64,000 nt of DNA from Camelus ferus. Its lineage: Eukaryota. A program made the position numbers and the translations under genes. A model generated the notes under the pieces. The model was not told the DNA's origin, searched no databases, and saw nothing but the letters and a program-made list of their open reading frames with translations. How positions within the stretch are numbered: the stretch's first letter is position 1; each line of letters starts with the position of its first letter. The stretch covers positions 36,644,001 through 36,708,000 of the forward strand of contig NC_045696.1 of the NCBI RefSeq assembly GCF_009834535.1, given 5' to 3'. This document shows, in pieces, positions 52,850 through 64,000 of this stretch.

Positions 52850-55690
52850 GGCAGAAGTTGGCATAGGCCTTGGTAAAACTTGGGTCTGTTAAGTCACTAG
52901 ATAATTGAGCTGTCCTAATTGCAAGCCTGTTGAAATGATAGTGAGCTCTAGAATCTTGACATGACCCAGCAACTGGCTCTAAGCAATCACTTACCTGGAT
53001 CCATTAAGTAGCAAGACTCAGAATGTTAAGGCGGGCTCATTAAGACTATGAATTCCTGCCTCTATATGATAATGAGGCATGGCCTATTCAGTAATTTCAC
53101 ATTTAAGATGGGTTTCTAGCATTTCTAAAAAGGGCAAAAATAATTATTGATCATGCTCCTCTATGATCAAGGATGCAATTCAGTATATTGGTGAACTGAT
53201 GTTGTAAATTTAAGCAAATGTTGGCAATTGCTTCCTTCAAAACAAGGAAACTGAAAAATCATTATAACAGGAAATTTAGCTAGGTCACAGAGTAACTGTA
53301 ATTGACAGCAGATTTTTAAAAAAATTATTTATTTTTTCATGGTGCTCTTTTTCTCTATATTTTTAGAAACATTTGCTTTTTGTTTTATTTAAGACTAGGA
53401 GGATGGATCCATTTTCTTGCACACTAATTCCTTTTAAATTATTAATCTTTTCATGACTCTGGCAATCTTTCTCATTTATGTCTTACCAGATAAGTTTTTG
53501 ATTAACTTTCAACTTTGTTCTAAGTGTCATTCCAGCAGACCCACGTGAGGCTGTTTTCCCTTCTCACCATGTGGAGAGCCACTTCCATAAGGAGGCTTTG
53601 CCTTTCCATTGTCTTTGAGGCCCATTTCTGAAGGGGATTGTAGAGCACTAGCCATGTACTCCCACCTGGCTCTAGTTCACTAAACAGATCCATCTGTGAA
53701 TAAGGCCCACATCTCTCCCCCTTTTGTTAACTTGTCATAGGAAACCTTCCATGAGACCACAAATGTAGGTTGAGAGAGAGGCAGTGAAACAGTGGGAACA
53801 GGTGCCATGGGTCTTAGTTATTTGCTTCTGCAGTTCACATGTGTTTTCAGAGCATGATAGAGCTTTGCTTTGTATAGCTCACACTCACTTTGTAAAGGAA
53901 TGCTGCCTGCATGCATACAATGCTAAGGTTTGTTGAGTTATCATCATAATGGGCAGTTTGGTTCATATGGTCGTTAGACATCTCATATTCAGTCATTTAG
54001 TCTGTACAAGGGCACAGTCATAAGCCTGGTTGCTTTTCTAATGTAGAACACCTGCCAAAAAAGAAGGACTTACCCTAAGGATTTTGCTGATTTTCTTTCT
54101 GGGCTTTACCGGAAACTTCACATAGCATTTGCATGCCGAAGATAATTGCAAAACCATTTGAACTACTGAGTCATTATACCTAGCAGTGGCACAATTATAC
54201 AACCTAAATTTGATTAAGTCAAATTTTTGTCTTCAGACCACACTGAAAAACAGGCTCATAGGTGTCTGGTGTCTGGATACAAGCAGCTCACTGAAATACA
54301 TGATACTTTGCCTCTAAAATACACAAAATATTGTGCATATTCTTTTGAGGTTGGTGCTATCTTTTACTTTAGAAAGAACACTCTGACATGACCCAAGCTA
54401 CTGGACTCCTGGAAAATACACCAACTGGGCAGACTTGAGAGCATTTGTAGTTTATCTTCTACTTTCCAGTACAAGTTTGTCTTAATCAATTCTCCAGAGT
54501 GCCAGCTGATTAGCAAATAACAAACTGTCCATATGTTACAAAAGACAGCTCAAGAGTTGACATAGCCCTGTGGCAAGACAGTAAAGTTACACAGTTGTTT
54601 TCTGACATGTAAATGCAAACCATTTATGATTTTGCTTACTGCCTTTATTATAAAATAAATTATTTACTACATAGCAAGACTAAAGGCTGTGTTGAGTCAT
54701 GCCTATAGAGATACCCAATCTGGAACCATAGCTGCAATGGGCATCAGTACTTCAGTAAGTTTTTGATGATCTACTGTTATTCTCCATGACCCATCAAGGT
54801 TTTGCACTAACGAACAGGCTAGTTCATTGGTGCTGTGCTGGGAATCACAACCCATGCACATCTCAAGTCCTTGTTGGTAGCACTAATCTCTGTAATTCCC
54901 CCAGACATGGTGTTTTGGTTTGCTATTTTTAAGAAGGGAAGAGATACAGGGACATTTCCTTGGTTCTTCCTATGAAAATAGCCTTTGTTCCATATACTAG
55001 GGAATAAATATGAGAATTCTTCTTGTTAGTTAAATACATATTCTATTTCTACTTTGTGTTCTGAAACCATTGTTAGGACAACTCAAGATTTACTCTGACC
55101 AGTAAAATGTGATAATATTTTAGGTCTCTGAGGATAAGCAGGAGTTCAGAGCCAGTACCTAAAACATTATGAAGTATGGGTATTTCTTTATCTAAAATCA
55201 TTCTGTTAATGATGATAGATCCATTTGAGGAACCTAACGCAGGTTTATTTTTCAAACTGATCAGCCTCAACTTTTATCATGGGACTAGCTCTTTCTTGAA
55301 CTGACTTTGGTGTAATAACTAAATTGTGAATCTCTAGTAGATGGCAATTTGGGTCAGATTTTTCCCAGCAAATCTAGAATTTATCACCCTACATATGTCA
55401 GGAAGCATGTAAGTAGACTTCTAGGAATCAATTTATGTCAGTTCTGAGCCTATAAGTAGTAATAGCCACAGATTCCCATGAGTCAAAACTGTTTCCTCCA
55501 ACTGTGTTTTATCCAGTGTTACCACCAGTAATAATTTGAGTAATTATGATGCCACAAAATGCCAAAAGTTACTTGTGTCCTATTTTTCCCCAGAATGGAG
55601 GTTATCTGTGAACTTCTGGATTATACAACCAACCAAATCCCATAATCCCATTTTAAGGGCAAGTGTCTTAGGACACTCTTGGTATCAATG
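52850..55690 (-). mobile_element. ERVL internal remnant: gag end, protease, RT, RNase H and part of integrase; heavily decayed
   Basis: Minus-strand peptides VLGTGSELLLI (protease, ~55130-55165), LVQNLDGSWRITVDHQKLTEVLMPIAAMVP (~54721-54810), FTVLPQGYVNS (~54554-54586) and WALFTDGS (RNase H, ~53685-53712). The left boundary is uncertain. Confidence 0.85.
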
Positions 55691-55692
55691 GC

Positions 55693-56172
55693 TGTATTAG
55701 AAAAGAAAATAGATGGCACACTCAAGTTGGGATACTTTGAAGATGGTTTATGTATAAAGTGCTGAATTAAAAGAAGTGGCTAGAGTCTTGGAGAAAACCA
55801 CAAAGATTGGTGAAGAATCCCAGAACCTGCCTAACAGAAGCAAATGTTACCCTCCCAGGCATAATGGTGATGTGGGGTAGGAGAGGTTTTCAGAACCAGA
55901 AGAAATTGTGTAGAACAGGCCATCTTGAGTGTAGTAGTGTCATCTTTTCAAGGGGGGCAGCCAGCCTGACGTGGCTTCAAAGGAAGGGAATCAGGAGCAG
56001 TAAAGCCTTGACCTTGCTCTCGTCCCTTCCTCCAAAATTTCCCCGGCCTCCCCAGCTGGGAGGTCACAGGAGATCTGATGATATACTTCAACAGGTCAGC
56101 CTCTTGGAGTATGGATAAGATGTGACAGAGTGGAGAATGGATCTGGAGGGGCAAGTGGAGTTTCTAAGCACA
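55693..56172 (-). mobile_element. ERVL LTR, LTR33-like
   Basis: The minus strand begins tgtgcttagaaactccacttgcccctccagatccattctccac, resembling the LTR33 5' end, and ends ...ctaataca. Confidence 0.7.
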
Positions 56173-57943
56173 CCTTTTTTTTTTTTTTTTCCCACTTAGC
56201 TTTTTTCATTGATTTTTTTTCTGAAATTCTGATTATAACCAGGCATTTAATTCTTTTCTGTTTGGCTATATTCATAATTTATTAGAAGGCTAATGTGAAA
56301 ACATCCAGATATCCTCAGAATGCTATCCACACACCCAGGAAAGCAGGTAGTATAGTCTGTTCACAGTCACTGTGTATTTGATGTAGTAATTACATAATTT
56401 GGAAAAATAGCGTGAGTAACAGATTTAGTCCTGAAGAGTATATTCGGGTTTATGCAGCTCACATTTACCAGTTGCTTCATCTTTGCCAGTATAAACATGA
56501 AACTCAAACACTGAAAGCCTACAGTTCCGTTTGTGAGGGACTTGCAGCTCTGTCATAGTCTGCAGGTGCTTTCCTCAGAGTAAAGGGTCGATTGATCTTT
56601 ACAGTCATGCTTTATTTCTTCTTTGAAAATATCAGTGTAGATTGAGACCAGGTATTTCAGTAAAGTTATACACTTAAGTTTGATTTGAAATATATTAATA
56701 TGGTATTATGTAAGATCTGTAAAATAATATTATTTCATAAAACAAAGTACTTAATTTAAATTATAAGGCAACATGTGTACATTTAAGGTCAAGTATTTTT
56801 GACAGCTCAACATGAGACCCTTTCACTACTAGAACCAAAAGAATTCATAGTTTCTTATTTTTTGTCTACTGCAGATCTACTTAAAAGTCAAGGAAACGAG
56901 AGAAATTTTGAGACCTGCTTTTGTGGGGAAACTTTCAATTTTCATAGCTCTGCTGTAAGCAGTAATGATAAATGTATTGCTCAAATAAAATATGTAGTGG
57001 AAACATTTCCAACACTTCCATCTGCTGTTACTTTTTAGTTTAATGTATAAGTTAAAACAGGATGTTCAACCTGCAAGTCACATTTATTTCTCAGTAATAA
57101 ATACCACTGATCTGGAACATTTAAAATTCAGTATCATTGTAGAACTGATGAAAGGTGACAAGAAGAGAATTTCTATTTAAACTAGTGTAGTATTAGTAAC
57201 AGAAAGACCAGTAGCAACCGCTTGGACTCTCACTATTTTTTTCTTCATTTTTTGATGAAATATGAGGCACCAAATCATGAATATTTAGGTGGAAATAAAA
57301 ATGTCTTCATGGAAAAAAATAAATGCATTAGAGAATGATACACATACTTGTCTAAGACAATTTTAATTGTTTTTTATTTATACTTTGATTCAAGTCTGAA
57401 AATGAAAACATTTTCTCAGCCTATATTCTGTGTCCATCTGGGAGGAAATGTGAGTATCTGATATTAAAAGACTCAACTGATGGACAAAATATGTCACTGA
57501 AAAGAATAATTATGGATTGCTCCTAAGAAATAGCATTTAAAAGTATGATATGGATTAAACCACTCAGCGCAAAGCTAGGGTATTAAATTTTGGCTGATAC
57601 CAATTATTTTGTTACTGCATTATAGACTTCTGAGGATCAGACCATAAAAAACATACGAAGAGTAATTATTAGTTTTAGATTTTAGAGGTCCTATGTAATA
57701 ATACTTCTTTGTAATTCTAATAATAACAACATTACCATAGGGTTCTTAGCATTTTGACCTCAGAAAAAACTGTTTTGAAGATTTGTTCCTATTTATTAAG
57801 GCCGTGGAATGAACTATTGTTTATTTGTGTTCTGGCATGCTTCATACAAAGCAAACAAATTCCTTAAATGTTTCAAAAATCCAAATAATTTAAAACTTTT
57901 GTTTATAAATAATTCATTTTATTTTGACATTAATTAGCATAAC

Positions 57944-58409
57944 TGTCATGGGATTTGTTGGGCTGGTACACAATCAGTAAAGGAATTTACCAGAGAAAAA
58001 GAAGGAAGATAGTAAAGGGGATTATTAGACACGCTGTTATAGGCAACAGTGGGTCACAGATAAGAGGGGTCGGTTGTTGAGGTCTTTTATTAGAGAGGGT
58101 TACATTAGGTACCAAGGGGTCATAAGGTGCATGATTGGCTTGTGCACAAGTCTCCGGTTGATACTGTGGTTAACAGGGAAGGGAGAGGGTCGTGAGAAGG
58201 CAGGGCCAGGGATTTTGGTAGGGGGTTGTGACTGGCCCTGTTGGCTAGGCTTCTGGTCACTGTAAGGCTGATCATTGCCTAGGGTAGCTAGTTCAGCTGA
58301 GGCAGATAGGTGTTAAAAAAGGAATGTTCTTCGTTATCCTTAAAGGGCAGTAACTGGATGCTTAAGGAGCCTTAGAGCAGGAATCTGCCAGATGTCTGTG
58401 GACCCCACA
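57944..58409 (-). mobile_element. Solo LTR (466 bp), family unassigned
   Basis: GC-richer island with TG...CA ends (tgtcatggg...ccccaca), flanked by ataac/gtaac (5-bp TSD with one mismatch). Strand is tentative. Confidence 0.7.
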
Positions 58410-58912
58410 GTAACTTCAGCACACAGATTGGATATTTTAAAATACTACTCAACAATTCCTTATTGATTGCTTGGAAGGAAAAGTGGATAAAGTAAATACC
58501 TGACAGTAATCATACTGTTTTCATAGGTGGACTATAAAAATCAAGATTCATTTCAAGTTTTAAAACTCCAGTTGATTATTCTATCAGACACCCAGAGGAA
58601 AAAGAAAGGTGTAACAGTGATGACAGAATTTAAATGAGACCAGACTTACAATAAAATTCTTAGAAAGGTGGAAATTACAGATTCGATAGTGCATTCTAAC
58701 AATTTTATAAACAGTTCAAAGTGTAAAACGTTAATAAAAATGACTCAAGTTTTCATTTAGTTGTTATTATAATCATTCATGTTCATTATTCATCAAAAAT
58801 ACACTGAGCATCCTTAAAAGTTGGAGACTAGACTAGTTTCTGGAAATTTTATAACAATTAAAAAAGTGCTTCCTTTCTAATAACATATTTAATTTTTAAG
58901 AATTTGATGTAT

Positions 58913-59475
58913 TGTAGGGGAGCAAAATTTGCCACTGCAAAATGTCTTTTTGGCATGCAGATTATTTGAGATGAAAACAGTCGAGGCCCCAATGATTCAG
59001 GAAGAAACTGTGGTCTTCCGTAGAACCGCCTGAAGAATGTCGATAGGGGACCTACCTGTTCCAGGAAGGGAGCTGTCACCACAGATACCTGTAGTGTGAT
59101 CTAGGTGTGTAGACAGGGAGGAACCTAGCAAAGTCTATGTGTTAAAATTCCTCTCTGTGTCCCATTGTCTCTGCATAGCCCAGCAAACATCTGTTTACCA
59201 AATATTTGCTTTTCCATGTCCAGGAAATTGCCTTCCTCCTCTTTGGGGTCCCAAACAACTCCCTGCAACATTCTCATTTGTCTTTACCTGAAGCATTTAA
59301 GGTAAAGGTGTTGGCCACGTTGGTGAGTTACTCAGTCTTCCTGGGTCTCTCCCAGGTGTGCATGTTATTACAGTTTTGTTTGATTTTCTCCTGTTAATCT
59401 GTCTCATGTCAATTTAATTCTTAGACCAACCAGAGGAAGCTAGAAGGATAGAAGAAAATTTCTTTCTTCCCAACA
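58913..59475 (+). mobile_element. ERV1 solo LTR, MER34-like
   Basis: Starts tgtaggggagcaaaatttgccactgcaaaatgtctttttggcatgcagattattt and ends ttcttcccaaca. Contains tctcctgttaatctgtc, typical of MER34/MER39-group LTRs. Confidence 0.8.
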
Positions 59476-60499
59476 TGAGTTGATTAAATCTATATTGTAT
59501 TCAAGAAAGTAGCTTTGTACTTTCAGAATATTTTTAAGCATACTTCATTTGCAGTGCTTGTTGTAATAATTTGTTTACATTTCTTCTAGCAGACAGTGAT
59601 TGAGTAAGGAGTTGAAGGACTGAGCTTCATTTTTTGCGCTCCATATGTTTTCAGTGTGTACTAATGTGATGGGAAGGTCAGAGACTGCAACTGCTCAGTT
59701 CTCCTTCAGTGGATGAGTTAAAGTTGTGTAGTCACATAGCAGCCCTACTAATCTTTGAAAATGAAAAAAAAGAAAAAAAAAAGGTATATTAGTAATCACC
59801 AATAAGAAAAAAAGGTTTTAGATTTGACTGAATCTATCCATACTGATAATATCTGTATCCATCAAAATAAACAAAAATAAATACAGCAAAGAAAGTAGAA
59901 GCCGAAAACCTCACAGGTTCAGGATAGTCAGATTATTGCTCTTCACCAGAATATCATTTCTTTGAGGGCTGTAAATACAAATGCTTTGCAAATGATGTTG
60001 GAAAGACAGTTATCAAAATGAAATTGGTGTCTTGGATATAGTTCAGTTGTACAAAGCGTTTGTCATCATAAGGGCAGAATGCTCAGTTCTTTGAAAAGAA
60101 AAGTGTTAAACTGTAGCTTTTAAATATAGTTGATTATTTGAAAGAAACAGCCAGTACTCTGTAACCATATCAACAAAACACTATTTTTATGTTAAACTCA
60201 AAAAAGCAACTTAGATTTGCATTTCTGAACATTTCATTATGCTGATCTTATTTCTTTTGTGGGTTTTAATCAGATTTTCTGAATCTACAAAATAATTTTA
60301 ATTCATTTATTTTTGATCAGCATTCTGTTAAGCATCCATTTTGTGTACCGTACTGGGGATACAAAATTAATATGAAAATGCTGTCTCTCTCAGGAAACTT
60401 TTCATATGAGAAGGAATGAATTATATAGATTGTATAGTGCTGTGTATAGCACTATAATTATTGACATTTAAAGTAATAGTACACCATCCCCCCTTCCCT

Positions 60500-61335
60500 T
60501 GAGGTCAGCCACTTTTGTATGATGTGGTACATGGTGAGACCTTGGGTATAGAAGAATGACTTAATTCTTCCTGCAAGTAAGCAACTCTCCAGGTGCTTAA
60601 TTAGAATCAGTGCTGTATATAATACTGTAATTGCATATAAGGTATTTAGTTGGTCTAGTGTTAGTATTGGTAAAAGAAGAATGGCAGATAAGAAATGCAC
60701 TTCCACAAGTAGGATAAGTGTTTTAGTCCACATCTGGGTGATGCCAGCATTTTGTGCAGAGTCGTCAGGTTTAATTTATCTCATTTATTTATTTATTTTT
60801 CCTTTGGATAACTAATGACAGGGAATCCTCATAGATCTGCTAGTTTGTGTTGATGGAGAGTTGAATTATAGCTGGAATACATGCCTTGGAAATACAAGAG
60901 AATTTCTCTTGACAACTGTGTATACTGTCTTCATAAGCCTGGGCCTTGTTCCATATATACTACTTCCACTTTATAATGAAGTGACATTCTTCTACTAAAA
61001 TATATGTCTTCATGGATATAGTAACTTTCAGTTCATGATTAGAGGCTTTGTTTAAATGGTCACCTATTATGTCAGGTTAATTTGCTCAGGCTCTATCAGA
61101 ATTCCTCAGCAAAGCAAACACAGTTTTGCCAGTATGGGAAGTTAGTTGATAAAAAAAGGCATGTAACAAAATCTTCAGAGTCCTTGCTGGCACACCAGAC
61201 AGCTTTCTTACACACCAGGGTTCCCTGAGTACCACTGATCTCCATCAAGTCTTACTGGGTCTCAAGACAGAGCTGCTTTCACAGTAGCCTGTATCATACA
61301 TACAAGAGAGCCTTTTTGGATGGGGTGGGGATCCG
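60500..61335 (-). mobile_element. ERVL pol fragment (RT connection region)
   Basis: Minus-strand FIIKWK*YIWNKAQA (~60936-60980; cf. ERVL SIIKWKWYIRDRARA) and IQATVKAAL (~61268-61297). Confidence 0.65.
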
Positions 61336-62656
61336 ATTCAGAGACTACGGGTTTTGAGGACATCTGTAAACAGATCTCAGTGAGTCACCAACCATAGTTT
61401 ATGTTGCTTGAAACCACAAAGATGCTTTCGAAATATTGTCTTTCTTAATTGTACAGAGTGAAGGTGAAGCGACTTACTTTTCAGTTTGGAGTGGATGTCC
61501 CGATATGCCTCAGACTGAAACGTGTATTTTTTGGTGGGATTTGTTTCTAACTCATTCTCGTTTGCACATCTTTCTAAAGCATATAGGAGATTCATGAATT
61601 GAATTAAATTGTTCTGATAATGGGGCCACATCTGGAACAGTAATTATAATTTGAAGTCACTCCCTGATTAAGCTTATAAGAATTTATTTCTCTTTTCAAA
61701 CACCCAGCCAGCTAATTTGGTAAAACAGTCAAGATATATTCATCTTTCAAGTCTCAGTGGTGCCGCTTGTCTCTGTCACTTTCCCAGTTATGTGGTATAC
61801 CATCTGATTTGTTTTGCAGAAAGAGAGTTCTAGGGACTTTATCTTTGTTATTTCCACCATTATAATTCTTCATAGGAAAGTAGACATGTGTGAATTTTTC
61901 CAGTTGGTGAGTATCTTCTTCAAGAACTGAGAATGTATACAGCATGAGCTTGGAATCCCCCGATGCTGAAATAGGCTACAGAGAACAGTCACTAAATCCT
62001 TTTCAAATGTGCTGCTGGGGCATCTCTTTATTTCTTATATTACTCACAACGTTCTTAGCAAAATTAGCAGATTCTGAGGTGACTTTGGTGTATACTCATT
62101 TGTTCTTGGTGACATCTTACTATTTCACCAAATCCTACCCTGGTCATGCTGGCATCTGATTCTCCTTATACCTCTGGAGTTAACGAGAGATGTAGAGTGG
62201 TGGGGGGAGCATTAAGATTTTTTTCTGATAAGGTTTTAAAACCAGGGAAGAAAAGATTTTGAGACAAGGGGTTTTGCTTCTTTGACTGCTGGGGAAATAT
62301 CATAGTGTTCCATGCCATCCAAATGTTCAGATATATTCTTTCTAGTTTTCAAGATGCTAGTTTTTCCAAAACAATACCATATCTTATATAAAACGATAGA
62401 GCTTGGTTTCAAATTCAACTGTCATTATAAATCAGCAACTTACAGGATTAACGTTTGCATTTGTTTTCAGCTATCTTCTGTGACTACAGTTGATAAGAGC
62501 TATTTTAACACCATCATAGAAAGCCCCTAGATTTAAGTGCATTACTTGAACTGAAACTTAGGAATCTGATTTTGTGCACTTCTTAATATGTCAAACAGTG
62601 TTAAGAGCAACCACAAAGCTCGACAGTTCCAGTGTTTTTTTATTTTTCAAAATGTT

Positions 62657-62990
62657 CTGTGTTAGTTTCTTAAGGCTGCCTTCCTTAACAAAGTACCACA
62701 AATCCAAAATGCGTAAAAACAACAGAATTTTATTGTATCACAGTTCTGGAGGCTAGAAGTCCTAAATCAAGATGTTGGCAGGACATGCTCCCTCTGAAAT
62801 CTGTAGAAGACTTCTTCCCTGCATCTTCTTAGCTTCTGATGGTTTGCAGGCATTCCTCAGTATTCTTTGGTTTACAACTGCATGCATCCAATCTCTACCT
62901 TCATTTTCCCGTGTATTTCTCAATTGTCACATGGCCTTTTCCTGTGTGTTTCTTGATTTTTACACAGCTGTCTTTTTATAAAGACACCAG
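62657..62990 (-). mobile_element. MaLR LTR, MLT1C-like (3' part; interrupted by L1)
   Basis: tgtgttagtttcttaaggctgcc...aacaaagtaccacaa...cacagttctggaggctagaagtcc...tttataaagacaccag. Confidence 0.88.
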
Positions 62991-63404
62991 CTTGGGGCAG
63001 GATCAAGATGGCAGAGTAGGAGGGTGCTGAGCTCACCTCCCCTCATGAACTCATTAAAAATCCAACTACGTAGAGAACAACTATCACTGAAATCGCCGTG
63101 AATTCAGCAGAGTGGCTCTTCTACAACCAAGGCTGTAAGGGAAGATCCACACAGAGTCTGGTAGGCAGGGAGGAGAAGCAGTATGGTTGAGACCAGCACC
63201 CCTAGTGGGGAGCCCAGAAGAGGAGGAGGAGATCACAGGCTCAGGAATCCTCTCTAGGGAGCAAGGTATTTGAGCACATATCAGGAGCCCCAGCCATGGA
63301 GTCCAGTGCTGGGAAGATGAGCACCCTTAGCTAGTTTGAAAACCAGCTAGTAGGAGGCCTGTGAGAAAGTAGGACTCCACTCTTGAAGAGTGCACACACA
63401 GATT
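62991..63404 (+). mobile_element. L1 5'UTR start
   Basis: gatcaagatggcagagtaggagggtgctgagctcacctccc; homologous to the reverse complement of 17600-18000. Confidence 0.8.
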
Positions 63405-64000
63405 TGTTTGTTCTTATGGGTTTGTCACCATTTGTGAGTTCTGGCCAGCAGAAGTCCCACCGCAATGGAATGAATTACTCAAGACTCTGGAAAAGTCAAG
63501 AGAGCGAGAGGGAGTCGGGAGCCAACTCCACGAATCTCTCAAAATGCCCCCACATTTATTGTGTACAGTCAAAGGAGGAATTTAGGGAAAGACAGGGTGG
63601 GATCTAGATGGTAGAATTTGGCTCAAGGTCAGAAGACCCTTTATGTTTTGGTAAGTCATGTTCGTGTTGCCATCAACGAGCCTTACAGCTTATCAGGGCG
63701 GAACGTCTGAGAAGAAGTTGCTTAACATTTTTCTTGGACTCAGGCGGCTGTGCCTGTCTTAGGTTGCCCCCTCTGGGGGTCTTACGCGTCACTGGCTAAC
63801 CTGCCTTCTCACCTCTGAGTCTGCAGCTTTTTATAACTTGTTTACCATTCTAGCCCAAGGCTCGCTCCTTTGGGGGCCTACAGGTTACCTTTAGGGAAGT
63901 CATGGGAAGAGGGGAGCAAGATACATTCTTACGGATATGTTTAAGCAGACGGCCAGCCCAGCCAGTTCCTTGCTTTGGGGATAGAAGACTAACAGCAGGC
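63405..64000 (-). mobile_element. Probable ERV LTR inserted in the L1 5'UTR, continuing past the window edge
   Basis: Abrupt break from L1 sequence at a TG. The minus strand has a TATAAAAA (~63828-63835) and a downstream AATAAA (~63555-63560), and CpGs are retained. Confidence 0.55.

Noticed and set aside
52850..55690. Possible domesticated retroviral gene
   Set aside because: Stops and frameshifts fall inside conserved RT and RNase H motifs, and no long ORF survives.
58908..59480. TSD around the MER34-like LTR
   Set aside because: The flanks (tgtat vs tgagt) do not match convincingly, so no TSD is claimed.

Overview
Mammalian, AT-rich, repeat-dense genomic DNA that is intergenic or deep intronic. 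It is most likely from a camelid: a Vic-1-type tRNA-derived SINE lies at ~31300-31440 and several L1 3' ends are of cetartiodactyl type. I recognise no intact protein-coding gene, RNA gene or prokaryotic feature. The ORF track is explained by chance ORFs, microsatellites and decayed L1/ERVL coding sequence. The window is a layered fossil record of L1, L2, L3/CR1, MIR, MaLR and ERVL elements, plus several solo LTRs. The most unusual structure is a minus-strand composite at ~15445-18005: an L1 5'UTR and ORF1, no sense ORF2, then two successive poly(A)-signal/poly(A) ends. This pattern suggests an ORF1-only (HAL1-like) retroelement with serial 3' transduction. Two convergent candidate exons lie near 28.4-28.7 kb, and there are a few candidate regulatory segments. 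Family names come from recalled consensus sequences, not from a search. Boundaries of old repeats are approximate (tens of bp).
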